Below, piece after piece: positions 29,399 to 40,437 of a DNA stretch of 64,000 nt; the stretch's first letter is position 1; every line of letters starts with the position of its first letter. The position numbers and the translations under genes were made by a program. The stretch spans positions 1 to 64,000 of IMG/VR virus record IMGVR_UViG_3300024999_000055, one strand, 5' to 3'. The DNA comes from a virus. The notes under the pieces are model-generated. The model was not told where the DNA came from. It saw nothing but the letters and a program-made list of their open reading frames with translations, and did not search any database.

Positions 29399-29527
29399 GA
29401 AAAAGATAAATCACATTAGGCCAATGTGGTTGATAAGAGAGGTAAATTCCGATACCTCTCTTCTTTTTTGTTTTTAGGTGATCGGAACAGGTAATTGAAA
29501 GATTGCTAATATAAAAATCTTCGGAAG
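29399..29527 (+). ncRNA. Structured leader RNA copy 2
   Basis: CACATT-AGGCC-AATGTG; AAGAGAGGTA-AATTCCGA-TACCTCTCTT; loop complementary to ATCGGAA 29481 and TCGGAA 29521. Confidence 0.6.
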
Positions 29528-29529
29528 GA

Positions 29530-30609
29530 TTGGTGATAATTATGGGATTGATTACTAAAGAGATTGAAATTAAATGTAGTCCAAATAATAAATATTTAAT
29601 TGAAAAAGGTTATGATTGGAAATATAGTAAAAGCATAATCATAAATATAGATGATTTATCTAAAAGTAGTCATAAAGAAATAGAAATACAATGTGATATT
29701 TGTAAAAATACTATTATGAATAAACCATATAGAGATCATTTAAAATTAATGAAAAATAATCCAGATCATATTTATTATTGTGATAATTGTTTTTTAGAAA
29801 AAATAAGAAAAGAATTTGATGATAAAGATTTAATATTAATTAGTGACAAATATATAAATTGTTTTGAAAAATTAGAATTTATATGTAAAACACATATTGA
29901 TGCAGGTATACAATATGTTCCTTATAGTAGATTTAAAAGTAAAAATCAAGGTTGTAAAATATGTAGTAGATTAATTAAAAATGAAATTTATAAATTAGAT
30001 TTTAATTATATAAAATTTATATGTAATATTAAAGATTATATGTTATTAACTGATGAATATATAAATGGAAGAATAAAAATGCCATATATTTGTAGAAAAC
30101 ATTCAGATGAAATACAATATGCTACAGCATATCAATTAATTTATAATGAAAATACCTGTAAACATTGTATTAATGAAAATAGAAGTGGAATTAATCATCC
30201 TTGTTGGAAAGGTGGAGAAACACCTTTATATGAACATTTAAGAAATAAATTAGAACAATGGAAATTTGATTCTTTGAAAAATTCTGATTTTAAATGTGTG
30301 GTAACTGGTAAACGTGCAACAAACAAATATAAAGTTCATCATTTATTATCTTTTCATACAATTTTACAAATTATATTAGATAAATATAATATACCTAGAA
30401 GTAAAAAATTAAATGAATTCACAGCAAAAGAATTAAATATTATAGAAGACGATTTTTTAAAAGAACATAAATTATTAGGTGTTTGTTTGCACCCTGAAAT
30501 ACATAAATTATATCATCATCTCTATTCATATTGGAATAATACACCTGAACAATTTGAAGAATTTAAAATAAGATATAAATTTGGAGAGTTTGATAAATTA
30601 ATATTATAA
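29530..30609 (+). CDS. Free-standing HNH endonuclease with Cys/His Zn repeats
   Basis: 'CDIC','YICRKH','HPCWKGG','KCVVTG..KVHHLLSF..CLHPEIHKLYH..NNTPEQFEEF'. Confidence 0.8.
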   Translation: MVIIMGLITKEIEIKCSPNNKYLIEKGYDWKYSKSIIINIDDLSKSSHKEIEIQCDICKNTIMNKPYRDHLKLMKNNPDHIYYCDNCFLEKIRKEFDDKDLILISDKYINCFEKLEFICKTHIDAGIQYVPYSRFKSKNQGCKICSRLIKNEIYKLDFNYIKFICNIKDYMLLTDEYINGRIKMPYICRKHSDEIQYATAYQLIYNENTCKHCINENRSGINHPCWKGGETPLYEHLRNKLEQWKFDSLKNSDFKCVVTGKRATNKYKVHHLLSFHTILQIILDKYNIPRSKKLNEFTAKELNIIEDDFLKEHKLLGVCLHPEIHKLYHHLYSYWNNTPEQFEEFKIRYKFGEFDKLIL

Positions 30610-30616
30610 ATATTTA

Positions 30617-30652
30617 TACCCTACACATCACTAAAATAAAATGTGTAGGGTA
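30617..30652. terminator. Hairpin between convergent genes
   Basis: TACCCTACACAT..ATGTGTAGGGTA. Confidence 0.65.
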
Positions 30653-30656
30653 ACCA

Positions 30657-31922
30657 CTAACCAATATTCTGTTTCTCTAAAGTTTCTTTTACTAATTCAT
30701 TAAATGCGTTTTCATCAGTAACAAATGTGCTAAATACTTTTCTTACGAAACTTTGCTGTGGTGAACCATTAACTAACCTTCCAGCACCATTCTTAACATA
30801 ATTCCATAAGGGGTTGTTTTTATCAAGTAATTTTCCTGTAAATTCACCTATTTTAATTGGTTGTTTTAATTTTCTAAGTTTTTCCTTCCAATTTTCATCT
30901 CTATATAATGCCTTTGCAACAGAGATATACCCATGCCAAAATAATAATTCTAAACTATAATCTCTTTCTCTCATAATTTTTCTTTCGGAAATATCCATAT
31001 CACTCATAGAGTAACTAAAGATATATACTAAATTATCCATGAATTCAATAAGATATGAAGCAATTTCTTGACTTTCAATTTTAGTTTTTGGCTTAAATTG
31101 ATTATCAATTTGTGTACTAAGAATAGAGAAACTAACAATATTATTTGTTGACTTGATACTAGATAAGTATGTCTCTACCTTATTTTTAAGTTCACTTTTC
31201 TTTATTAATTCAGTTGTAATATAATTCTTCCAACTTCCAATATCTAGAAATTCTGATCTAACCTTGCTAATTTTTGCATTTTTTGTCGATTCAGCGAACA
31301 TACGTTTTGAGTCATCCATCGAGCAAATAATCAGAGAAATTGGAAATTCATATTTTTCAGGATCAATCATACCTTCTTTATTTCGTTTGATTTTATTCCA
31401 TAATTCATTTATTATTTTAGCTGCTGCTGTGCGATGCATTCCGTCAGTCAAAAATATGGGTAAATTTGAAAATATTGTATTACTATCATTATCAAATTCA
31501 AATTTAGCATTTTCTTTTTCAAGATATTTATCAATTATTACCCAATTTAATGTACCACCAAAAAATTCATTTTTCTTAATATGTTCCACTATTTCCCTAA
31601 TTTTTACTGTATTGATCAATGGAGAATCAATTCCAGATGTTGATGTTTTTTTGCCTCTTTGAATCTCAGGCATATATTGCAATGTTTCCATATCCATTAA
31701 TTTGCAAATTTCTGATATTGGCAAACTGAAATTATAAGAAAATATTTCATTATTACGGTAAATAGGAAGTACGGAATGTATCTCCCAATCTTGACGGATA
31801 TCTTTTTCTCCTACAAATATACCTATCTTATTCTTCTTTGGTAATTCTTTATTTGTATTCACATCCACCCCATTAACTCCATCAACATCCATATTTCCAA
31901 TCTCCTTCTCAGCAACACTCAT
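30657..31922 (-). CDS. DGQHR/DndB-like (ParB-related) domain protein
   Basis: 'YMPEIQRG', 'FLTDGMHRTAA', 'KRMFAE'. Confidence 0.75.
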   Translation of the reverse strand: MSVAEKEIGNMDVDGVNGVDVNTNKELPKKNKIGIFVGEKDIRQDWEIHSVLPIYRNNEIFSYNFSLPISEICKLMDMETLQYMPEIQRGKKTSTSGIDSPLINTVKIREIVEHIKKNEFFGGTLNWVIIDKYLEKENAKFEFDNDSNTIFSNLPIFLTDGMHRTAAAKIINELWNKIKRNKEGMIDPEKYEFPISLIICSMDDSKRMFAESTKNAKISKVRSEFLDIGSWKNYITTELIKKSELKNKVETYLSSIKSTNNIVSFSILSTQIDNQFKPKTKIESQEIASYLIEFMDNLVYIFSYSMSDMDISERKIMRERDYSLELLFWHGYISVAKALYRDENWKEKLRKLKQPIKIGEFTGKLLDKNNPLWNYVKNGAGRLVNGSPQQSFVRKVFSTFVTDENAFNELVKETLEKQNIG

Positions 31923-32149
31923 ATCAATTCACACTCTCCTACCCATAAATTCTAATTAATTTAATAATTTTATTATTAATATTCATTATATCAGATTTTT
32001 GTGATTTTTATACCTACTAAATCAATAAAAAATATCAATTTTAATAAATTTTTTAGTTCTAAAAGGATAAATCCCTTTCCATATAGAATACTACTCTATA
32101 ACATCACTCATCAATCATCTCTAATAACATATTAATAGGAGCAAACCAC

Positions 32150-33733
32150 ATGAAAAAAGATTTAATTTCCGCCGTAGCATACTGTCGGGTGTCAACTAAA
32201 TCTACTGATCAAAAAAATAGTTATGATGCACAAATTAAATTTTTTAGAGAAAAAGCTGAAGAGTTAGGATATGAATTAGTAAAAGGAATAGGTACTTTTG
32301 GAGATGGTATATTCGCAGATAGGGGAATTAGTGGTAAGGCATTAACTAAAAGAATTGAATTTAAAAAATTAACAGAACAAGTTAAAACTTTAAAATTTAA
32401 AGCAATCCTAGTTACGAATGCAAGTAGACTAGCGAGGAATGCAGTAGATGGAATGAATGTTATTAGAGAAATTAAACCATATGATGCTTATATACATTTT
32501 CTTAAAGAAAATTTAAAAAGTTGTAATCATTCTGATGAATTTTTAATTGATTTTTTTATGATGTTTTCACAAAATGAATTAAGAGAAATGTCTAAAAAAA
32601 TTCAAGATGGTGTAAGGAAAGCACAAGGCAAAGGTGTATGGACAGCACCCCCACCTTATGGTTATAATCGCTTGAATGGTTATTTACAGATTAATGAAGA
32701 AGAAAAACAAGTTGTTGAATTAATGTTTTTTCTTTATGCAGAAATTGGATATTCTATAGATAAATTAGTACGTGAATTAAATGGTATATGTATTCCTACT
32801 AAAAAAGAAAAGAAATGGCAACATACTACTATTAGACATATTATTGAAAATCCAATTTATACTGGTTTACAAATAAATCATCAGACAGAAATGAAGGATA
32901 TTTTTATTAATTTAATAGAGAAAATTAATGAGCATGGACAGATTAGGAATTATTTTGAACATTTACAGATAATTGATAAAGAAATATTTATTAAGGCACA
33001 AGAGATTAAAAAAGAGCGTTCTCAAATGGTAGAAAACGGAAAAAAATATAGTTCTACCAATGTATTATCGAATATATTTTTTTGTAAGTATTGCAATGCA
33101 AGTATGAAACGTATGCAAAGGTCAGATAAAAAAGGTCAGTTTTATTATGTATGTAGTAATTGTCATAAAGATAGAGCAATTTGTAAATATTACAATTATA
33201 TTAAAGGAGAAGAAGCCTTTGATAAAATTATGAAAGATGTTAAAAGTTTTGCTGAAAATATTAAGGGTAGAACAAATTTAAAAGAATTATATCAGTTTTA
33301 TATAGATAAATACTTAAACAAAAATTTTGTTAATAAATTACCTGAAATAGAATCTGAAATAGAAAGATTAGAAAATCGTAAAAAAAATTATCAAATTATG
33401 AAGGCAGATGGAGAATTATCTAAAAACGATTTTAGTGATAGAATGAATGAAGTTGAAAGTGAATTAAAAAATTTATATAGAAATAGAGATAAGATTTTAA
33501 ATATTGAAAAAGAAATTGAAAATATATGGGATATTTACAATTATTTAATTTCTACTATTCAAAATTTTGATATTAGAAAATCAAGTAATGGTGATATCAA
33601 AAAGATAATTACAAAAGTAGAAATTAAAACTGTTGACAATGAAAAACTAATTGAAGTACAATTGAATAATGGTCTAGAAAAAGATTTCTCCACTATCTCG
33701 AATGAATATAATATGCAATTCATTGATTTTTAG
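32150..33733 (+). CDS. Large serine recombinase (integrase)
   Basis: 'AYCRVST', 'DRGISG', 'SRLARN', 'PPYGY', 'NPIYTG', Zn ribbon CKYC..CSNC, coiled-coil. Confidence 0.95.
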   Translation: MKKDLISAVAYCRVSTKSTDQKNSYDAQIKFFREKAEELGYELVKGIGTFGDGIFADRGISGKALTKRIEFKKLTEQVKTLKFKAILVTNASRLARNAVDGMNVIREIKPYDAYIHFLKENLKSCNHSDEFLIDFFMMFSQNELREMSKKIQDGVRKAQGKGVWTAPPPYGYNRLNGYLQINEEEKQVVELMFFLYAEIGYSIDKLVRELNGICIPTKKEKKWQHTTIRHIIENPIYTGLQINHQTEMKDIFINLIEKINEHGQIRNYFEHLQIIDKEIFIKAQEIKKERSQMVENGKKYSSTNVLSNIFFCKYCNASMKRMQRSDKKGQFYYVCSNCHKDRAICKYYNYIKGEEAFDKIMKDVKSFAENIKGRTNLKELYQFYIDKYLNKNFVNKLPEIESEIERLENRKKNYQIMKADGELSKNDFSDRMNEVESELKNLYRNRDKILNIEKEIENIWDIYNYLISTIQNFDIRKSSNGDIKKIITKVEIKTVDNEKLIEVQLNNGLEKDFSTISNEYNMQFIDF

Positions 33734-33766
33734 AAGTAAGACTAGAGACAGTATTCTAAAAGTCAA
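33723..33766. other. Candidate attP of the serine integrase
   Basis: TTGATTTTTAGAA-N18-TTCTAAAAGTCAA (12/13 IR), overlapping integrase stop at the strand switch. Confidence 0.6.
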
Positions 33767-33769
33767 CGA

Positions 33770-33794
33770 AAGGGTATCTTAATTGATACCCTTT
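33770..33794. terminator. Bidirectional terminator
   Basis: AAGGGTATC-TTAATT-GATACCCTT between convergent genes. Confidence 0.7.
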
Positions 33795-33798
33795 AATA

Positions 33799-34116
33799 TT
33801 AATTAATATTTATATTTGTACGTATCCCTAAATATAATTTATCTGTTGTTTTATATCCACCTACAATAAAATCTTTAAAATCTATTTTCTTTTTATCTTC
33901 GTTTAAATTATCTATAAATTTTTTTAATTTACCAACATTTTCAAGTTCAAATACTTCTAGAATTTGATTGTATATTTTAATTTTTATTTCCGATAAATTA
34001 TTTTCTGTAAATTCAAAAACACTAGGATAATTGTAAGGTGGATTTTTCATTTTATTTATTTTACGAAGAATAGGATTAAAAACTTCATAATATTCAATTT
34101 CTTTCATATTCATCAC
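33799..34116 (-). CDS. Hypothetical protein (positional RDF candidate)
   Basis: 105 aa ORF converging on attP. Confidence 0.5.
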   Translation of the reverse strand: MMNMKEIEYYEVFNPILRKINKMKNPPYNYPSVFEFTENNLSEIKIKIYNQILEVFELENVGKLKKFIDNLNEDKKKIDFKDFIVGGYKTTDKLYLGIRTNININ

Positions 34117-34167
34117 CCTATATATATGTATTAATCAACTAACTATTTATTGTCTGCCAATTATTGG

Positions 34168-34737
34168 TTATTCATCTATACTCCCAACAACCCCATAAAA
34201 CTCATCCCATCCACTAACTCTATAATCACAATCCACACCAACAACCAATTCTCTATTGTACGCTCTATCCATAACTACACTCACACCATTAAATTTACTT
34301 ATATACTCAGGACAGTCATCAAACAATATCCCACTATCTATACCATCGCCTATCCTACTTAACAAATCACCTTTATTTCCAACTAATATTAAATTTTTAA
34401 TATCAAAGAATGGCAAATGTTTCCTAATCCATAAATATTTTTCAAATACAGAATATTCGTTCATTGGAGAGGAAATTATAAACATTTCATTCCCATCATT
34501 AACTAATTTTTTTATTGTTTCTATCGCACCTTCAATTGGTTCTAACATTCTAAAGAATCCTGGTTGCTTAAGTATTTCTATTCCTTTTTCACCTATGTAT
34601 TGTGATAATGAATATGTTTTAATATCATTTGGTTTTAAATTTTTATCATATTTGTAATTATAGATACGACATAATTTGTCTAATAATTTACAAATAACTT
34701 CATCAAGATCGAGATAGATTGTTAATTTTTTACTCAT
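34168..34737 (-). CDS. 5'(3')-deoxyribonucleotidase (HAD, NT5C)
   Basis: 'IYLDLDEVI', 'GFFRMLEPIEGA', 'EKYLWI', 'ILFDD', 'AYNR'. Confidence 0.9.
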   Translation of the reverse strand: MSKKLTIYLDLDEVICKLLDKLCRIYNYKYDKNLKPNDIKTYSLSQYIGEKGIEILKQPGFFRMLEPIEGAIETIKKLVNDGNEMFIISSPMNEYSVFEKYLWIRKHLPFFDIKNLILVGNKGDLLSRIGDGIDSGILFDDCPEYISKFNGVSVVMDRAYNRELVVGVDCDYRVSGWDEFYGVVGSIDE

Positions 34738-35312
34738 AAATTTCCTCCAATTATATTAATAATTTCACCAACACATTTATCAAAATCATAATTATCTACC
34801 ACATAATCTACTTCTTTATTAATAACTTCTTGTGTAAACTTTTCTTTGTCATCTAAATATCTTCTATTCCATTCAACCTCATCAAAATCTTCCCTATCAA
34901 TACATCTACTTCTTCTTGTTTGCTCATCAACATTAATAAAAAATGATATAATATTATCCTTATAATGTTTTTTAAATTGAATTAATCCTAAAATATCTAA
35001 AACAACGATATAATTATGTTTTGATAAATCAATACTATCTTTACTAACTCCATAATACCAAATATCAGGAATATTATTTACTAATGTATTATATGTACGA
35101 CATTCAATAAATTCATTATTAGATAGCATTTTTTCAAATTGTTTTTTTGTAATAAAATGATATGGATTACATTCTGATTCATTTAGGCGAATTGGACGAG
35201 ATGTATATGAGATTATTTCTGAGTAATTATAATTATTTGCTATGTGTTTTGTGAGAACATCTTTCCCTGAAGCAGAAAATCCACTAAGAATAAGAATTTT
35301 ATTGATATTTAT
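34734..35312 (-). CDS. gmk: Guanylate kinase-like protein
   Basis: Extending the ORF upstream to ATA 35312 restores P-loop 'LSGFSASGKD' and 'SYTSRPIRLNE..YHFI'; 'WYYGV'. Confidence 0.85.
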   Translation of the reverse strand: MNINKILILSGFSASGKDVLTKHIANNYNYSEIISYTSRPIRLNESECNPYHFITKKQFEKMLSNNEFIECRTYNTLVNNIPDIWYYGVSKDSIDLSKHNYIVVLDILGLIQFKKHYKDNIISFFINVDEQTRRSRCIDREDFDEVEWNRRYLDDKEKFTQEVINKEVDYVVDNYDFDKCVGEIINIIGGNL

Positions 35313-35314
35313 AA

Positions 35315-36448
35315 CTAATCTCTCCTTTTTATATTATATTTATTATTGTAAAAGTTCAAAAACTTTTGAAATTTATTATATTTTCTTTCTAGAAAAGTTT
35401 TAGCATCTTTATACAAATAATTGTATATCTTATATATTCCATGTACTCCTCCATATTTTAAATGTCTTATAGTTTCAGAATTATGATTTTTATATAATTT
35501 TGTATAACTTAATTCACATTGCTCCACTAATATTCTTTGCATGACTTGTAAAAAATGTATATTACTAATAATATCAATTCCCCATTGATTATCTTTTCCA
35601 TAAATACAACCATCACCGTCAAAATATCCTCTAATAAAATGATGAATTAAGTTATTAGGTAAAATATTAATATCAGGAAATCTTATAGTAAAACTTTTAT
35701 TTTCTATACAACCACATTTTTTTAAATCTAATATCATTTTACTATCGTGAATTGTTATTCTTTTATTTTTATATTCTTTATTATTTAAAATTACATTTTT
35801 ATCTTTAATTAACACATCTGCGTGTATACTATATAAAAATTTTTCTAAATGATTTTTATCTCTTTCTTGTAAAGTTAAATCTACTGCATTTTTATTTATA
35901 CTTCCATCTGCATATAAAAATCCTAACCAATATGCCTTTTCTTCAGTGTTTATATTTTCAAAAAAATCATTATATTTTTTTTGTCTTAATTCAATGTTTC
36001 TTTCTTTTAAAATATCTTTTACCATATAGTCTGACATATTAAATTGGTCTTCTATGTATTTTATATTATTTCCTTTTAAATAACTATTAATTATTTCATC
36101 TTTTTGTATTTCTGTAAAAATACGTTTATTCTCTTTATTACGTTTTATTTTATTTTCTCTTTCTATACATCCACAACTTTGTGTATTACCCGAAGTTAAA
36201 CTTCCTCTTCTTACTTCAATAATAGTTTTATCTTTACAAGAACATTGACATATCCATAATATTTTATTTTGTTTATTTCTTTTTTTACTTTTACCTAAAA
36301 CAGTTAATCTTCCAAATGTTTGATTAGTTAAACTATAATTTTTTCTTAAATCATAAGTATTGATTAATTTATTTATATAAGATTGTCCTACATCAAATAT
36401 TTTTGCTAGTTCTTTTTGAGTATAATTTAATTCTATGTATTTTTGCAA
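35315..36448 (-). CDS. Free-standing LAGLIDADG homing endonuclease
   Basis: 'EKAYWLGFLYADGSI' and 'HFIRGYFDGDGCI'; N-terminal 'FGRLTV..WICQCSC..SCGC'. Confidence 0.85.
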   Translation of the reverse strand: MQKYIELNYTQKELAKIFDVGQSYINKLINTYDLRKNYSLTNQTFGRLTVLGKSKKRNKQNKILWICQCSCKDKTIIEVRRGSLTSGNTQSCGCIERENKIKRNKENKRIFTEIQKDEIINSYLKGNNIKYIEDQFNMSDYMVKDILKERNIELRQKKYNDFFENINTEEKAYWLGFLYADGSINKNAVDLTLQERDKNHLEKFLYSIHADVLIKDKNVILNNKEYKNKRITIHDSKMILDLKKCGCIENKSFTIRFPDINILPNNLIHHFIRGYFDGDGCIYGKDNQWGIDIISNIHFLQVMQRILVEQCELSYTKLYKNHNSETIRHLKYGGVHGIYKIYNYLYKDAKTFLERKYNKFQKFLNFYNNKYNIKRRD

Positions 36449-36542
36449 TTCTTCTTTAGAAATATTATATTTTATATTTTTTATTTTATACGATTTCCTT
36501 TCTAAATTTATTTTTATATTCTATTCATATTCCTACCACTGT

Positions 36543-37373
36543 TTAAACAGCAATAGGAATACCTTTAATTTGTTCTCCACATTTATAATCTTCTAACACA
36601 AAATCATTCACAGTAAAATTATAAAAATTATTAATCTTATCATTTACAATCAATCTAGGAGCATCATAATTATCTCTACTAATTAATTCTTTAACTTTAT
36701 CTACATGTCTGTCATAAACATGAGCATCAGCAATAACATGAACAAATTCACCAACTTCTAAATCATTAACTTGTGCGAACATATGTAAAAGTATTGAGTA
36801 TTGACATACATTCCAATTATTAGCAGCTAATACATCTTGACTTCTCTGATTCAATATTCCATTCAACTTATTATCTATAACATTAAATGTCATGCTATAT
36901 GCACAAGGATATAAATTCATTTCATGTAAATCTTCAAAATTATAAATATTAGTCATAATTCTTCTACTATATGGATTATGTTCTAAATCGTATAATACCC
37001 TATCTACTTGATCAAACCATCCTTCTTTATATTTATGTTTCTTTTGAAATTGAAAACCGTAACATTTACCAATCGAACCATTTTCATCTGCCCATTGATT
37101 CCAAATTTTTGAATTTAAATCTTTAATATTATTAGATTTTTTTTGCCATATCCATAAAATTTCATCAATACATGCTTTTAAATTTGTTGGTCTTAATGTT
37201 AATATAGGAAATTCTTCTTGTAGATCATATCTATTAACAATTCCAAATTTCTTAATTGTATGTGCAGGTGTTCCATCTTCCCATTTTGCTCTGATAATTT
37301 GTCCTTCGGAAGATGTTCCGTTTTCTATAATGTCTTTGCACATAGAAATGAATATATTGTCTGCTTTACTCAT
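36543..37373 (-). CDS. thyA: Thymidylate synthase
   Basis: 'PYSRR','LYPCAY','NQRSQD','NWN','DAHVYDRH'. Confidence 0.95.
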   Translation of the reverse strand: MSKADNIFISMCKDIIENGTSSEGQIIRAKWEDGTPAHTIKKFGIVNRYDLQEEFPILTLRPTNLKACIDEILWIWQKKSNNIKDLNSKIWNQWADENGSIGKCYGFQFQKKHKYKEGWFDQVDRVLYDLEHNPYSRRIMTNIYNFEDLHEMNLYPCAYSMTFNVIDNKLNGILNQRSQDVLAANNWNVCQYSILLHMFAQVNDLEVGEFVHVIADAHVYDRHVDKVKELISRDNYDAPRLIVNDKINNFYNFTVNDFVLEDYKCGEQIKGIPIAV

Positions 37374-37430
37374 ATGTATATTATATTCTCCTTTATTTAT
37401 TATTTTACTATTCTATTTATTGTCCTAATC

Positions 37431-40369
37431 TTAACACAAAAACTTTCCAATCAAAAATGCTATACTTATTAATATTGTTCCTACAATTATTGCCATACAT
37501 AACATAGGTGTCATAAAATCATAAGGATGATATGCTTTACTATTAATATAATAAGCATAACCAAATCCTGAACAAATGAATATGATTAGAAATGCCCACC
37601 ACGGGATGTAGATAATTATCACCTCCTTTCATAAGTTTATTTATATTATATATTTATTTTAATATTCTGTCAAGTTTAAATTTCATAACCAAACATGACA
37701 TTGATATTAATCCAATTCTACATTCTCACATAATTCATCTTTCATCCATCCCTTAATGAATTCATTTATTGTCATATCTCCATTAATCGCATGAATTTTT
37801 TTATTTTGTTTTTTAAATCTAGCGACAGCAATTTCTAACCATGATATATGATAATAATGTGGCATTTCATTACTTATTGAATTATTAAATAAATTATTTA
37901 CACATGGAATATACGTTTGAAATTCACCATTATTCATATTAATAGGATTTAAAGGACAATTCCATGCATGATTTCCTGCTGAATCTTTTTGACAATATAA
38001 ACACATAGAAATACTCATATATCATTCTCCTTTCTATTTTTTATTATTTCAATATTCGTTCACATTAATTAATTTTCCACAATTATCACACACTATAATA
38101 GTTTCTTTGTTTATATTATTTTCTTTATTTTCATTTGTTACATCAACAACCTTAGGATTAGAAATTAATTTCCCACAATTTGTACATAATATTTTACCTA
38201 TTAAAACACCTATACCTAACATATTATTACCTCCTTTATTTCGTCATTTACCTTCTAAATATTTTTCCATACAATTTACACAATCTTCAATACATGCAAT
38301 ACGATAAGAAATACAACAATATCCATCATCAACTAACTTTTCAGCAATTCTTTTTCTTTCTTCTTTTGCACCTTCTTCTTTATTCATTTCTGCAAACATA
38401 GATAAAGTGTCTGCTTCTAAATGTATTTTATTTTTATTCATAAGAAACCTCCTTTCTTTAGAGTTTAATTATATGTATTTAATTATAATTTCATATTAAT
38501 TCTAAAATCTGCTTCAATAATTAATTTTGCTAAATCTTTTTGTAATTTTGTCGCTATAGTACGCCACTCAATTATTTCTATATCTGATGCTTCAGTATTT
38601 GGATTCTGAAATAAACAAGATAACTCTTTAATTCTATCTTGTAATGATTGGAATTGATTATAAAATTTTTTATCTGATCTTATTGTGTATTGCATGATTA
38701 ATTTTCTCCTTTCTTATTTATTTTAACATTCTATTTTCATTATCTTCCATATCATATTTTAAATGATTTAATCTTTCATTTAATTCCTCAGACCAATCAA
38801 TCATTAATTTACAACTATATGTTGAATTTATATATTGGGAGTATTCATGTAATGCCCTAGTAATTTCTTGAATTCTTTGTAATTCATAAATATGTTTAGG
38901 TGTAATTCCTAATGGTGGTTTATTCATGTTGTTATTCTCTTTTAGTTTATTTTCTGATTTTCATTCCAATTTTTAATTAATGTTTCTACAGTTAAAAATC
39001 CACCTAGAGAATACATACAAACAGGGCATATTATTTGACTATTATATTCTAAATTTTCATTATATAAAATTACATTATTATTGTTACATATTGGGCAAGG
39101 TTTTAATTTATTCATATAATTTCTCCTTTTTAATCAATTTCAGCACCACAATGAACACAAATATTCAATTCTTCTGCACATTTCATACAAAATTTATCAA
39201 CATTAGAATTATGATGTAGAAATTCTTCTTTGCAGTTTTTACAATTAAATGTTGTAAATGCTTGAAGTGCTATTTTAATATTAATATAATAACAATATTT
39301 ACATTTTTGCAATTTTAATCTTTGTAGCTGTTTTGGGTCTGTATCGTAGTTATTTAAATTTTTTCTTATTGTAGATATAAATGATTTATTAGTTTCTGAT
39401 TGATGTTTTGGATTGATTGTCATATTATTTCTCCTTATTTTTTAATTTTTACTTTATCCATGTAACTATAAATTTCTGTTGCTTCTATATCTAAAGTATC
39501 TGCATATCCTATTTTTCTATTAAAATGTGTGCTTACTATTTTAAAATAATTATTCATATATTTTATTGTATCTTCATGTTTAATTTCAATTGTTTGATAA
39601 TGTTTATTAATTATATAGGCAATTATTAATAACATTTTTTTAATCATATTATAATCTCCTTAAATTTCATATTTTTCTTTTACAATATTGGTTGTGAATA
39701 ACTCAAACTTATCACAGCAATTATTAGATTTTAATTCAGACAACCTTTTAAGCATCTCTGATTCCGTATAAAATAATTCTCTTACTTCTCCTAAAGGCAT
39801 TAGTTTTGCACAACCAATCCCACCACAAACATATGTATGATAATCAATACCATATAATTTATTTACTTTGTTGTATATTATAGGATTGTACCTCCTTTCT
39901 AAATTGAGATCAAAGACAAATTTTATTAAAACATATTAAATCTTAGAATACAGTAAAATTAATGATTATAAGTTATAAAATATTAAATCCTAATGAATCT
40001 AAATTTTGTGTACAATTATTAATGCAACCAATGTTCAATATTCGCTAATATCTTAATATGCTTTATATTATAAATAACTGTATTACTAGTAGTAGTTTTA
40101 GCTATATTCTTGACATTTAAACAAGGAATATCTAAACTTTTATTATTCCCTGTATAATTTTCAATATATACATAATCAGCTTTTTCTCTTTTTATATCAT
40201 ATCCAAAAGCAAATGTATCATCAACTAAAGTCAAACAATAAATCTTTTTATTTCTCCAATATACATTCCCATTTTTTATACACTCGTTTTGTTTTTCTTT
40301 TGAAAGTTTAACTTCTTTTAAATAATGAGCATTATACATATATCTTCTCCTTATTTTCATCAATTTCAT
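37431..40369 (-). other. Array of about 10 small hypothetical ORFs, each with its own SD
   Basis: ORFs 37431,37707,38049-38222,38244,38483,38718,39130,39435,40019; promoter TTGACA-17-TATAAT at 37645-37673. Confidence 0.75.
37684..37711 (-). repeat. Dispersed arm-N6-arm site
   Basis: TTAATATCAAT-GTCATG-TTTGGTTATGA; right arm identical to the site at 24582-24609. Confidence 0.6.
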
Positions 40370-40437
40370 TTATTAGATTATGACATTTTGCTATCATTTC
40401 AGATTGTTTATTCATATTTTATTATCCTTTTTATATT

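Noticed and set aside
30657-31922. Dnd phosphorothioation operon
   Set aside because: No dndC/D/E-like genes in the window
35315-37373. Group I intron carrying the LAGLIDADG gene in thyA
   Set aside because: thyA and gmk are each uninterrupted; the endonuclease is free-standing
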